From assembly GCA_034440515.1 (NCBI GenBank), contig JAWXCF010000049.1, positions 12,948 to 76,947 on the forward strand: DNA of 64,000 nt. The letters are read 5' to 3'. Source of the stretch: Bacteroidota bacterium (GTDB lineage Bacteria; Bacteroidota; Bacteroidia; CAILMK01). The position numbers were made by a program, and so were the translations under genes. Positions 8,187 to 18,609 of this stretch are shown piece after piece (the stretch's first letter is position 1; each line of letters starts with the position of its first letter). Under the pieces are notes generated by a model that did not search any database, was not told where the DNA came from, and was given only the letters and a program-made list of their open reading frames with translations.

Positions 8187-10025
8187 CTATTTTCTTTTAG
8201 TCGATTTTTGATTATTACTACCTCTACTTGTCTTTTGACTTTTAGCTATCTCTTGTTGTTTCTGTATAGCAAGTAATCTGGCTTGGAAACCATTTTTCTT
8301 AAGTTCACTTTCTGGCCTTCTTTTATTCTCTTCTATTTTAGCCTTTAGCTTATCGTCATTTATAAATATCTTAAACAGGTATTGTTGTACGAAAGTCAAA
8401 AGGTTAAAGTACAGGTAATACAAACTTAAACCTGCAGCATACTGGTTAAAGAAACCAAGGAACATAATTGGCATCAGGTAACTTATCCACTGCATCTCTT
8501 TAGGTTGAGAGCTAAGCGAATTATTCATACGAGTATAAATAATAGTAGATACCGTCATTAATAATGTAAATAAGCTGACGTGGTTACCGTAAAATGGAAT
8601 ATTAAATGGCAATGTAGCAATACTATCATAAGTACTTAAGTCTGTAGCCCAAAGGAAACTTTGTTGCCTAAGCTCTATACTACTAGGGAAGAACCTAAAC
8701 ATCGCTATTAATATTGGAAACTGCAGTAACAACGGTAAGCATCCACCTAACGGACTTACGCCTGCTCGCTTATACAACTTCATTTGCTCAGGTTGCATTT
8801 TAGCCATATCGCCACCGTGCTTTTCTTTGAGAGCATCTAAATCTGGTTTAAGTATGCGCATTTTAGCCATACTTATTTGAGATTTATAAGTGAATGGCAA
8901 TATGATTATTTTAATGAAAATTGTCAGCAACAATATGATGATACCAAAATTCAAGGCTGTTCCCTTCAATAAGTCAAATACTGGTAGGATGATAAACCTA
9001 TTAACCCAAGATGTTAAAAAGAATGACCAACCTAATGGTACTTGCTTCTCTAATCCCAAGTCTAATTTCTTTAAAGCCTTATAATCTATTGGACCATAAT
9101 ATAATTTGTAAGTATATGACTCAGTTGGTTTATGATTATATGGGAATGACAAGCTAGTTTCCATTTCCTTCTCATAACCAGCTTGGTTTACAGTAGTAAC
9201 TTTTACATCGCTGCGTTCAAACGGGTTTTCAGGGTCTGCAATAATGGTTTGCGCAAAAAACTGCTGTTTAAATGACACCCAGTCGGTCGGCTTATTAAAT
9301 TTTTCGTCGTCGTCCGAAGTTTCAGACAAGTAACTTGGACTTTCGTCGTGGTGACGATAGTGTACGCTTGTGTTGTTACGAGAAGTAACCGTATCATTTT
9401 CCACCCTACGCGTTAATGCTTTCCACTCAATGTCAATGTTAAGCGCGTTTTTTGCGATTAACTCGTTCATATTTACAAACTCTAGCTTAGACTTAACTTG
9501 ATAAGATCCATTTTCTAAGGAATAACTCTGTACTAATTTTCTACCATTAGCAAAGTCTGCCTCCAATACCAATTTATTGGCGCTGGAGCTGCTCACCTTA
9601 TAGTTTATCTCATTGCTATTTACAGGCTGATTGTCTATGGTTAATACATAGTTTAAATCAGAAGAATTAGAATCAACTAAAACTAATGGTGATACTTTAT
9701 CAAATGCCTTAAATTTTTTCAGTTCTACATAGCTAGGTTGTGCGCCCAGTGTAGAAACTTTCATTTTAATTAAGTCGTTCTGGATAGTAATATTTTCATT
9801 CTTACCTACATAAACGGGCATATTTTTCACCAACGAATTGGTATCCTTTGCAATAGTATCAGGTAAAACATTTTTAACTGTTTTATCTTTTATTGTAGGT
9901 GCTTGAGCCGTAATAGGCTCTTTACTTTTGGTATCAGTCGTTTCTTTATTTTGATTAAAAAAATAAGTAACGCCAAATACGATTGCGGCTATAAGTATAA
10001 AACCAGTGATTTGATTCCTATCCAT
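8187..10025 (-). CDS. yidC: Membrane protein insertase YidC (long Bacteroidota form)
   Basis: 612 aa. N-terminal TM segment, large periplasmic domain, C-terminal 5-TM core with conserved GCLPLLLQFPI..., and a basic C-terminal tail. Confidence 0.9.
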   Translation of the reverse strand: MDRNQITGFILIAAIVFGVTYFFNQNKETTDTKSKEPITAQAPTIKDKTVKNVLPDTIAKDTNSLVKNMPVYVGKNENITIQNDLIKMKVSTLGAQPSYVELKKFKAFDKVSPLVLVDSNSSDLNYVLTIDNQPVNSNEINYKVSSSSANKLVLEADFANGRKLVQSYSLENGSYQVKSKLEFVNMNELIAKNALNIDIEWKALTRRVENDTVTSRNNTSVHYRHHDESPSYLSETSDDDEKFNKPTDWVSFKQQFFAQTIIADPENPFERSDVKVTTVNQAGYEKEMETSLSFPYNHKPTESYTYKLYYGPIDYKALKKLDLGLEKQVPLGWSFFLTSWVNRFIILPVFDLLKGTALNFGIIILLLTIFIKIIILPFTYKSQISMAKMRILKPDLDALKEKHGGDMAKMQPEQMKLYKRAGVSPLGGCLPLLLQFPILIAMFRFFPSSIELRQQSFLWATDLSTYDSIATLPFNIPFYGNHVSLFTLLMTVSTIIYTRMNNSLSSQPKEMQWISYLMPIMFLGFFNQYAAGLSLYYLYFNLLTFVQQYLFKIFINDDKLKAKIEENKRRPESELKKNGFQARLLAIQKQQEIAKSQKTSRGSNNQKSTKRK

Positions 10026-10116
10026 TCAGGGTCTGAAATAGGAGGCGAAATTAAGTATAATTACCCGATACCTGTAAGTTATTCTTGTGAATTGTAATTT
10101 TGTAGGTCTAAAGGCT

Positions 10117-11073
10117 ATGGCAGATATTGGAAATGATATAATTCGTGCAGCAGATTATTTGAATAATGCTGAATTAGTGGGCATACCAACCGAGACTGTT
10201 TATGGGCTGGCAGCAAATGCTTTTAACCAAACTGCAGTAGCTAAGATATTTGATGTAAAGCGACGTCCAAGTTTTGATCCATTAATAGTCCATATTTCTA
10301 ATTTAGACACTTGGCAAAAATGTGTGATTGAAATTTCTACTACAGCTAAAAAATTAGCTGATGCATTTTGGCCTGGTCCATTAACACTAGTTATGGCGAA
10401 AAGCGATCTAATTCCAGATTTAGTCAGTTCTGGCTTAGCTACTGTTGGCATTAGAATGCCTAATCACAAATTAACCTTAGCTTTATTAGATTCATTAAAT
10501 TTTCCATTAGCAGCACCAAGTGCAAACATATTTGGTTACATATCGCCCGTAACAGCCCAACACGTTGAGGAAGGTCTTGGTAAGTTAATACCCTATATAT
10601 TAAATGGTGGCAAGACAAGTATAGGTGTAGAAAGTACTATAGTAGATATTACTACAGAAACTCCCCAATTGTTAAGAGCTGGTGGAATAAGTTTTGAGGC
10701 ATTGCAAAAAATTATGCCCAATATTCAAATAGCAAAACCTAATTCTATTGCATCTAGTCCAGGTTCACTAGACAATCATTATGCCCCAATCAAACCATTA
10801 TTATTAGGAGATTTAGGCGAATTAATTAAAGAGCATTTAGATAAAAAAATCAGCATAATTAGTTATTCCAATTCCTACACATTAACAGACTTAGTTCATA
10901 ACTACATATTATCTCCAACTAATAGTTTAAACGTAGCAGCAAGCAATCTGTTTCAATATATGAGACAAGCCGATGCTGACGCTAGTACAATAATATTAGC
11001 TGAATTAGTACCTAATTTCGGGCTGGGAGTTGCTATTAATGACAGACTTTGGAAGGCATCACTTAAACTTTAA
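10117..11073 (+). CDS. tsaC: L-threonylcarbamoyladenylate synthase (Sua5/YrdC/TsaC family, long form with Sua5 C-terminal domain)
   Basis: YrdC fold motifs (GIPTETVYGLAANA, KRRP). About 320 aa, consistent with the Sua5-type. I chose the ATG at 10117; the ORF track starts at a GTG at 10087. Confidence 0.85.
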   Translation: MADIGNDIIRAADYLNNAELVGIPTETVYGLAANAFNQTAVAKIFDVKRRPSFDPLIVHISNLDTWQKCVIEISTTAKKLADAFWPGPLTLVMAKSDLIPDLVSSGLATVGIRMPNHKLTLALLDSLNFPLAAPSANIFGYISPVTAQHVEEGLGKLIPYILNGGKTSIGVESTIVDITTETPQLLRAGGISFEALQKIMPNIQIAKPNSIASSPGSLDNHYAPIKPLLLGDLGELIKEHLDKKISIISYSNSYTLTDLVHNYILSPTNSLNVAASNLFQYMRQADADASTIILAELVPNFGLGVAINDRLWKASLKL

Positions 11074-12900
11074 TGGTTTATACTTTTTAGGTAAAGTGTA
11101 AACTTTATCCTTATTTAATTCCTTCAAATAGGCCATAAGTGGTTCAAAATATTCTAGCATCGCCTTAGCTTGTAATTCACTGCCTGTATTGTCTTTTAAT
11201 ACCTGGCGCCAATCTTTTGCTGAGCCCCAGTACATTATATTTTTTAAGAACAATCCAATTTCTTTACTACCATGGTAATTAGTATTGTGAGGATCTTGCT
11301 TTAAAATATCTTTTGCAATGTGCTGATGCACTTGAAATAATAGAATAAATGACAATGCATAATCATAATATTGGGCAGGATCATCATTTATATGGGTCTT
11401 AGTTGCCGCATCACAATACAATTCAGATCTAGTCTCAGGAGGGATAATTCCTTGGTAATTTTTTACCAATTCCCACCAACGCTTATTAAATTGATCTTTA
11501 GGTAGTTTGCCTGCATACATTTCATACTCAAACTGTGTCATTACGCCAGCACTGAACGGGATGAACACAACAAATTCTAGTGCTTCCTTTAGTAAAATTT
11601 GCATATCGTCTGTTTCAGCATTATCTGGTAGTAAACCATTAGCAGCCAACATACCTTTCTGCACAGCAGCCTTACCTACTATTGTGCCAAATGCCTCGTG
11701 GTAGGCTCTATTTGCCCCCTCACGTAGTAAATATGGGACATCTGGATTGCTATATGTCATATAATAATATATATGCCCTAATTCGTGATTTACCGTTGAG
11801 TACCATTCTACGTTAGGCTCTACACTCATCAGGCTTCTTACATCTTTGTCTAAATCTAAGTGCCAAGCTGATGCGTGATTATTTTTTGCAAATGTTGCAG
11901 TTGGAGGCAAGGGATATAAGCTGCTTTTCGTGTAAAATGAACTAGGTAGATTATCGTAACCTAAGCTTACGTAGAAATTCTCTCCTGATTTTACCAGCCA
12001 TTCTGGAGTCTTTGTCCCAATAATGCTGTCTAAATTTAAACCCTTTACTTGAATCATACTACTCCAATCTTGACCCCATCTATTTGGCAACCAGTCTGCT
12101 GGTAAATAAGTTGGGACAGATTTATCAGAATATTTATCTGCTAGTGCATATCGTGTGTAGGTATGTAATTCTCTATAAAGTGGCCAAAGCTGTGAAATGA
12201 ATTTTTGATTCATCTTAAGCATTTCCTTAGAACTCATTCCATATTCACTTACTTGATAATTAAAATAATCAGAATACCCCAATTTGGTCACAACTTCATT
12301 TCTAAGGTCTCTTAATTGAGCAAGAGAATCTTTCAACACCTTTCCAATTTCTTTGCTACTTACCCAGGCATTATGTCTTTCTTCTTTATTTATACTATTA
12401 ATTAAAATGCTGTCTAAATAATTGGTAGATACCTTTTTATTTTTATACATATAGTTATACCCATACAGCATCTCTGTTTGAGTGGTTTCTTTTCTTATAC
12501 GTTTAGCAACCAAATCTTTAGCTGTTGCAGGATTTCCTGCAGCCATATATAATATTTTATTTAGTTGCTTAACTTGAATGTTAGTCAATTTTTTAAATTG
12601 GCTTAAGTACATTCTAGCAATTCTTATATTCTCCTCACTTCCAGTAAATGCAGACATAGCTTCATCTGCCTTTTGCGAACGCTGGGCATTGGTATTATCA
12701 CCAGTCACAATATGCGTATTTAGCAACCAGGCAGATTCGCTTGACTCAATATATAGCTTTCGATACTGCTCGTTATATTTCTTTAGGTAAGCCTCTACTT
12801 CTAATTGTAGTGCAGTGTAATTATTAGCCTTTTGTCCAAATATTGAACTGGACATTGACATTCCAATTAGAATGAGTAATAGATATAACTTATTTTTCAT
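11059..12900 (-). CDS. Secreted M2-family peptidyl-dipeptidase (angiotensin-converting-enzyme-like zinc metallopeptidase)
   Basis: Signal peptide. HELGHIYYY matches the ACE HHEMGHIQY zinc motif. 613 aa, typical of single-domain bacterial ACE homologues. Confidence 0.65.
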   Translation of the reverse strand: MKNKLYLLLILIGMSMSSSIFGQKANNYTALQLEVEAYLKKYNEQYRKLYIESSESAWLLNTHIVTGDNTNAQRSQKADEAMSAFTGSEENIRIARMYLSQFKKLTNIQVKQLNKILYMAAGNPATAKDLVAKRIRKETTQTEMLYGYNYMYKNKKVSTNYLDSILINSINKEERHNAWVSSKEIGKVLKDSLAQLRDLRNEVVTKLGYSDYFNYQVSEYGMSSKEMLKMNQKFISQLWPLYRELHTYTRYALADKYSDKSVPTYLPADWLPNRWGQDWSSMIQVKGLNLDSIIGTKTPEWLVKSGENFYVSLGYDNLPSSFYTKSSLYPLPPTATFAKNNHASAWHLDLDKDVRSLMSVEPNVEWYSTVNHELGHIYYYMTYSNPDVPYLLREGANRAYHEAFGTIVGKAAVQKGMLAANGLLPDNAETDDMQILLKEALEFVVFIPFSAGVMTQFEYEMYAGKLPKDQFNKRWWELVKNYQGIIPPETRSELYCDAATKTHINDDPAQYYDYALSFILLFQVHQHIAKDILKQDPHNTNYHGSKEIGLFLKNIMYWGSAKDWRQVLKDNTGSELQAKAMLEYFEPLMAYLKELNKDKVYTLPKKYKPLKFK

Positions 12901-12901
12901 T

Positions 12902-14323
12902 TTATTTTAATGAAGGTGATGATTTATTTTCTTCGTAAATGCTGGGTAGTTGAGTAAATATGCTAGCAATAGGAATATACAATGTTACTATAGTGCCATT
13001 TCCAGCTTCGCTCACAATATTCATTCTACCTTTATGCTGTTGCATTATTCTGGCAACTAATGGTAATCCCAAACCGTGACCTTTTACGTGCCTAGCATTA
13101 TTCGCACGGTAAAATGGTTCTAATATTTTCTTAATTTCTTCCTTTTCTATGCCAATTCCCCTATCAATAAAATCTATAACTACATAATTTTTTTCTCCCT
13201 TTAATGTGACATCTACGTTCTGATCTATACTAAACTTACAAGCATTAGACATAATGTTTATAAATGCTGTCTTAAGCAATTGCTCGTTACCCATTACTAT
13301 TATTTCTTCCTCATTTTCTGGTAGGTCATCGTAATTAATGCCCACATCGTGACCTGGTCTAGATTTCCCTAAGTCAACTCTTGCTTGCCACAATACTTCG
13401 TCTATTCTTAGGGGGGCAAACCTAATTCCGTTTGTATCTAAACTGGCTAAAAGTAAATCTAAAATATTGTTAGCCAACTCTGTTAGCCAATTAATATCTT
13501 CTTTTATAGAATTTAAAGTCTTTTGATAATCATCTAAAGTTCTTGGCTTGAGTAGAGCAACTTCAATTTGTCCATTTATAGCAGTGAGGGGTGTTCTAAG
13601 TTCGTGGGCCGCATTTGCTACAAAACCTCTTTGTAACTCAAAGCTATCTTGCAGGCGAGACAACATTTCGTTAAATACCTTAGTTAGCTTACCCAGTTCA
13701 TCATTATTTTGATTATTTTCAAGCCTTATACCGAGGTTATTGCCCGTAATTGTGGTAATCTTATCTATTACTTTGGTTAATGGGCTCAATGCCTTTTTTA
13801 TTAGAATCCAAGAAACAGTAGTGCTAATAATCAGCATAAATGAAAAAACACCTACTAATATTAATATTAGATCAGTTAGCGCTTTTTCACCCAGTTTGCT
13901 TTTGGCCGAAATATTTACAGTATAACTTTTACCCTCTATTTCAATTGACTTAGAAAGGCTTTGACGTGTAAGACTAGCAGTTGTATCAATTTTACTTCGC
14001 TTTACTTTACTAAGTGCAGGGTGAGAAAATTCATCATTGTTAAAAACAATTTTTCCACTAGCATCTGCAACTTTAATTATTTCGTGATTAAGTCCTTCTG
14101 TAACTAATTTATAGCCAATAAATGCTGCTGAAAAGTTGCCTTTTTCAGCTTTGCTTTGATTTACAAATAAATCTAATGATTCTGTTAGGTGATAGCTACA
14201 ATCTTTGTTTATCGTATCATAAAACAGGTAAAAAATTAAAATTGATGCCAACACCAGTATTATGGTTGACATAATGCCATAAAATAGCTGTAACCGTGCC
14301 CGAAAGGAAAAATTCAAGTTCAA
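12902..14323 (-). CDS. Sensor histidine kinase (two TM segments, periplasmic sensor, HisKA + HATPase_c)
   Basis: H-box HELRTPL and G-box DRGIGI...GHGLGL. Overlaps the response-regulator gene by 4 nt. Confidence 0.85.
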   Translation of the reverse strand: MNLNFSFRARLQLFYGIMSTIILVLASILIFYLFYDTINKDCSYHLTESLDLFVNQSKAEKGNFSAAFIGYKLVTEGLNHEIIKVADASGKIVFNNDEFSHPALSKVKRSKIDTTASLTRQSLSKSIEIEGKSYTVNISAKSKLGEKALTDLILILVGVFSFMLIISTTVSWILIKKALSPLTKVIDKITTITGNNLGIRLENNQNNDELGKLTKVFNEMLSRLQDSFELQRGFVANAAHELRTPLTAINGQIEVALLKPRTLDDYQKTLNSIKEDINWLTELANNILDLLLASLDTNGIRFAPLRIDEVLWQARVDLGKSRPGHDVGINYDDLPENEEEIIVMGNEQLLKTAFINIMSNACKFSIDQNVDVTLKGEKNYVVIDFIDRGIGIEKEEIKKILEPFYRANNARHVKGHGLGLPLVARIMQQHKGRMNIVSEAGNGTIVTLYIPIASIFTQLPSIYEENKSSPSLK

Positions 14324-15015
14324 TCTTTTCCTCCTACTTTAAGTATGTAGCCCATACCTATTTGAGTGTGAATTAGCTTAGGCGTAAAATCTTTGTCAAT
14401 TTTCTTTCTTAAGAAGTTCACATATACGTCAATAACGTTTGTCCCTCTCTCAAAGTTAATTCCCCAAATTTCTTCAGATATGTCATTTCTGCTAATTACC
14501 TTATTCTTATTTTTAATCATAAATACAAGTAATTGAAACTCCTTATTGGTAAGAGATATAGTAGATTCCCCTCTTTTTACAATTTTGCTGTCTTCATTCA
14601 CTACAAGATCTGCAATTCTGTGAATTTTATCTGATGAAGGTATGAATTTACTTCTTCTTTCAAATCTTCTAATCCTTGCCATCAATTCTCTAAATTCAAA
14701 TGGCTTTACCAAATAGTCATCTGCCCCGCTGTCTAGACCAACCTCCTTATCCTCTGTAGTTCCCATTGCTGTCAACATAATAACGGTAACTTCCAGATCC
14801 TTAGTTCTTACGAATTTGCAAAGCTCCACACCATTTATTTGAGGAAGATTAACATCTAATAAAATTAAATCATATTGATTTGCTAAAAACAAACGTTGTC
14901 CGATATACCCATCAAATGCTACATCTACTTGATATCCATTGTCTTCTAAGCCTGACTTCAAGAAACTGGCCACCTTTTGTTCATCTTCTACTACTAGGAC
15001 TCTTTTACTGCTCAT
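14320..15015 (-). CDS. OmpR-family response regulator (receiver + winged-helix DNA-binding domain)
   Basis: Receiver motifs (VLVVEDE, DLILLDVNLP) and a C-terminal trans_reg_C-like region. Confidence 0.9.
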   Translation of the reverse strand: MSSKRVLVVEDEQKVASFLKSGLEDNGYQVDVAFDGYIGQRLFLANQYDLILLDVNLPQINGVELCKFVRTKDLEVTVIMLTAMGTTEDKEVGLDSGADDYLVKPFEFRELMARIRRFERRSKFIPSSDKIHRIADLVVNEDSKIVKRGESTISLTNKEFQLLVFMIKNKNKVISRNDISEEIWGINFERGTNVIDVYVNFLRKKIDKDFTPKLIHTQIGMGYILKVGGKD

Positions 15016-15151
15016 CGGTTGTCAACTTTTTAATATTTACAAATATGCTAATATCTCTGACAAATTGACATTTGAATTAATAATTATTAAACACATAAAG
15101 CAAACATAACCTCTTCTATTACGGATATTTGCAATCTATCTGAACTGTTAA

Positions 15152-15661
15152 ATGAAACATTTATTTTTGATTCGCCACGCTAAGGCTAGTAAAGATTATT
15201 TAGAACTGACTGATTTTGAAAGACCACTTACAGTTAAGGGACGACAAGATGCTGAAATGATGGGTAAATTCTTAAAATCTATACCAATTTATCCAGACTT
15301 AATAGTTAGTAGTACAGCCAATAGAGCTATAACCACTGCCAGAATTTTTGCCAGAGAATTAGCCTATCCTTTGTTAAACATAAGAATAAAAGAAAAAATA
15401 TACGAGGCTTGGGTAGATGATTTGATAAATATCTTACAAGAAATTGAGCCTGTTTACAATACAGTGCTAATGGTAGGTCATAATCCTGGTTTTCAAATGC
15501 TTGCAGAAAGCTTTGGAGAATTTGAAGCAGGTCACTTAAATACTTCAGGCATAATTCAATTATCTTGTATGATAGAAAACTGGAGCGAAATAAATGAAAT
15601 TAATACCAACATAGTCAACTACTTTTCACCCAAAACAATAAAACCAACCATAAATGAATAA
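15152..15661 (+). CDS. sixA: Phosphohistidine phosphatase SixA (histidine phosphatase superfamily)
   Basis: N-terminal RHAKA catalytic motif (LIRHAKAS) and a later GHNP motif. 169 aa. Confidence 0.7.
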   Translation: MKHLFLIRHAKASKDYLELTDFERPLTVKGRQDAEMMGKFLKSIPIYPDLIVSSTANRAITTARIFARELAYPLLNIRIKEKIYEAWVDDLINILQEIEPVYNTVLMVGHNPGFQMLAESFGEFEAGHLNTSGIIQLSCMIENWSEINEINTNIVNYFSPKTIKPTINE

Positions 15662-17369
15662 GTACACCATTTCTGATAATGGCGAAGCCAATATGATAGA
15701 CGTGACTGCTTTAATTGATGTATCAAATTCGAATACGTTTAGGCTAGCAGCTTGGAGACCAGGCAGATATGAGTTATCAAATTTTGGACAAAATATTCAT
15801 AACCTTGAAGTATTTGATAGTCTAGGTTTACAAATAAAATGCTCAAAAATTGACAGAGAGGCTTGGCAGTTTAAAAATGAAAACTTAAAAGTAATACAGG
15901 TCAACTTTAAGTATTGGTGTCCTTTGTTGAATGCTGGTAGCTGCTACCCTAGTTCAGATTTTCTATATATTAATCCAATTAATTTGTGCCTATATACTGA
16001 AAGTAAACAAGATGAAGGAATAGAAATAGAATTAATAAATAGAAATGGAGATGTTAAAACTTGGAATTTCACAGGTATTGACAGGTTATTTGATTCACCA
16101 CTAGTTTTAGGACAACCAAATTTGACCTACAGCTATACCATTAACAATCAAAATTTCTACATTGATTTTTTTGCATATTCTGAAAGTTTAGCAGAAATTG
16201 AGAAAAGATTTGACTCTAATGGTGAATATGATTATATAGATAAGTTCAATAAGTTCACTCAAACTTGTTTCGATATGTTTGGTAGTTTTCCTTTTCCTTC
16301 AGACTATCATTTTACAATATTTATTAGAAATGAGTTCATTCACCACGGAGTAGAGCACCTAGATAGTACAGTTATAGTATTAGGCTCTTACATCTTGGAC
16401 GATTTTAGATACTTGGATTATGAATTACTGTCAATCTCTTGCCACGAGTTATTTCACAGTTGGAATGTAAAAACCATTCGCCCAACAGAAATGATGCCTT
16501 ATAATTATGCTCAAGAATGTTACAGCCAATTGCACTACATAACAGAAGGCATTACCACTTATTATGGAGACTATTTACTGCTAAGTTCTGGCTGTATCGA
16601 TGACAAAACTTATCTAACAAGGCTAAATGATGTAATAGCTAAATTTATGACAAATGATGCAATAGCTTTTCATTCCTTAGCCAATGCAAGTATTGATTCT
16701 TGGCTAGATGGCTATAAACCAAATGCTCCAACTAGGCGAATTAGCTTTTATAATGAAGGATCACTTTGGGCATTAGTTTTAGATTTAAAAATTCGAATTG
16801 AGAGCAGAGAATTGTACAAACTTGCCGACTTAATGCGGCTCCTTTATCAATCTGAACAAGTAATTACAAAGGGTTATAACGAACAACTTATAAGGACTTT
16901 GTTAAATGAAATGGTACCTTCAGACTGGGATAACTTTTTCCAGCTAACAATACATAGTCCAGCAAAATATATTGACCAATTATTGTTAGAATATTTCGAA
17001 AGTGAATCTTACAGCTATGCAATACTTCGTCATAATTCTATTTTTGAAGATATATATATTGCAGGCGCATCTTGTACAGTGGATAGAATAGGTAGAAGAA
17101 GAATTAATCAACTTAGGGCCAATTCAGTTTTGACTTCTCAAGGTGCAAAAGTAGGAGACTATATAATTCTACTAAATGAGGACAATCCATTGGAATTAAC
17201 CCAAAACTCTAATTTTAATTCCAAAAAATTAGAATTAGTATTGGTTAATAAATTAGAGGAACACCGAAAAGTTTCAATTATTGTTCCTGAATTGGACGAT
17301 TTTATTTCTAGACCAAAAGTATTTCCTCATCATAAAGTAGTTACTAACTGGTTAAAATCTTCTCATTAA
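15654..17369 (+). CDS. M61-family (glycyl aminopeptidase-like) zinc metallopeptidase with C-terminal PDZ-like region
   Basis: HELFHSWN zinc motif, typical of M61. 571 aa. Overlaps the sixA stop by 8 nt (ATGAATAA). No signal peptide evident. Confidence 0.55.
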   Translation: MNKYTISDNGEANMIDVTALIDVSNSNTFRLAAWRPGRYELSNFGQNIHNLEVFDSLGLQIKCSKIDREAWQFKNENLKVIQVNFKYWCPLLNAGSCYPSSDFLYINPINLCLYTESKQDEGIEIELINRNGDVKTWNFTGIDRLFDSPLVLGQPNLTYSYTINNQNFYIDFFAYSESLAEIEKRFDSNGEYDYIDKFNKFTQTCFDMFGSFPFPSDYHFTIFIRNEFIHHGVEHLDSTVIVLGSYILDDFRYLDYELLSISCHELFHSWNVKTIRPTEMMPYNYAQECYSQLHYITEGITTYYGDYLLLSSGCIDDKTYLTRLNDVIAKFMTNDAIAFHSLANASIDSWLDGYKPNAPTRRISFYNEGSLWALVLDLKIRIESRELYKLADLMRLLYQSEQVITKGYNEQLIRTLLNEMVPSDWDNFFQLTIHSPAKYIDQLLLEYFESESYSYAILRHNSIFEDIYIAGASCTVDRIGRRRINQLRANSVLTSQGAKVGDYIILLNEDNPLELTQNSNFNSKKLELVLVNKLEEHRKVSIIVPELDDFISRPKVFPHHKVVTNWLKSSH

Positions 17370-18571
17370 GAACTATGATATAGTAATTTATCATTTACAG
17401 CGTGAACCTCTACACTTGATGCATTCTTATTGCTATGCTCCTCTACATAACCAATTATTTTAGCATTAATATCGAAAGATTTTATGATGTTAATTATTGA
17501 ATCTGCCTCCTCCTTATTCGTATATATTTCAAGGCGTTGACCCATATTAAATATTTTAAACATTTCTTGATACGCAGTATTATTCTCTGATTGAATCATA
17601 TTAAAAACAGGAGGAATTTCTAATAAGTCGTTTTTAACGATGTTTACGCCCTTAGCAAAGTGCAAAACTTTGGTTTGCCCTCCACCTGTGTTGTGAATAA
17701 TACCGTTAATAGCAGCTCGCTTTTCTTGAAAAAGCATCTTTAATACAGGTAAATATGTTCGAGTTGGTGATAATAAAAGTTTCGCAACTAATTGTCCTTC
17801 ATAAATATCAGATAATGACTTGCTGCCACTATACACATACTCTGAGTCTGTTTCAGGTGCATAACTTTCAGTATGGCGTCTATACTTAGCTGATAAAACC
17901 TCGTGTCTGGCAAAAGTTAATCCATTACTACCTATACCACTATTATACTCTGATTCATAGCTTGCTTGACCGTAACTCTCTACACCTATTACTACTTGTC
18001 CAGGTTGTATATTTATTAATTGAATATCACTTTTAGGTAACCTAGCAAATGCAGTAAAGCCAACATCGAGTGTTCTAACTATATCGCCTACATCTGCAGT
18101 CTCACCACCAGCTAAATGAATCTTAATGCCATTAGCTAACATTAAATCTGCAAACTGAGTGGCACCTTGAATTAGTGCTGCCACTACATTACCTGGAATT
18201 AGCGCCTTATTTCTCCCAATTGTATTGCTAAGCATAATGTTATCTGTCACACCGCTACAGGCCATATCATCAGTATTCATTACAATGGCATCTTGTGTTA
18301 TCCCCTGCCACACAGTTATATCTCCTGTTTCCTTCCAATAAAGGTATGCTAGGGCTGTCTTACTACCAGCAGTATCAGCGTGAAGCATACAAGCGTAATC
18401 ATCGTCTTGAGTGAAGAAGTCAGGTAAAATTTTACAAAATGAATTGTTATACAGACCTTTACTTAAATCGGCAATAGCTGAGTGTACATCCTCTTTATTG
18501 GCAGATACGCCTCTTTTCTCGTAAGACATTTTGTAATCAGAAAGGGTATAAAACTGCAAAGGTACCAACAA
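17366..18571 (-). CDS. AIR-synthase-related (PurM-like superfamily) protein
   Basis: 401 aa with the PurM-like N- and C-domain pattern (DAIVMNTDD..., GGETADVGD). Convergent with the previous gene, sharing overlapping stop codons. Confidence 0.6.
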   Translation of the reverse strand: MLVPLQFYTLSDYKMSYEKRGVSANKEDVHSAIADLSKGLYNNSFCKILPDFFTQDDDYACMLHADTAGSKTALAYLYWKETGDITVWQGITQDAIVMNTDDMACSGVTDNIMLSNTIGRNKALIPGNVVAALIQGATQFADLMLANGIKIHLAGGETADVGDIVRTLDVGFTAFARLPKSDIQLINIQPGQVVIGVESYGQASYESEYNSGIGSNGLTFARHEVLSAKYRRHTESYAPETDSEYVYSGSKSLSDIYEGQLVAKLLLSPTRTYLPVLKMLFQEKRAAINGIIHNTGGGQTKVLHFAKGVNIVKNDLLEIPPVFNMIQSENNTAYQEMFKIFNMGQRLEIYTNKEEADSIINIIKSFDINAKIIGYVEEHSNKNASSVEVHAVNDKLLYHSS

Positions 18572-18609
18572 ATAACTGTTGATACCTTTAATTAAGTGTT
18601 GTAATTAAA

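Noticed and set aside
15016-15151. Promoter -7 elements in the HK/RR-sixA divergent spacer
   Set aside because: The only exact TAnnTTTG on the minus strand is about 85 nt from the RR start, and none is exact on the plus strand. Too ambiguous to annotate.
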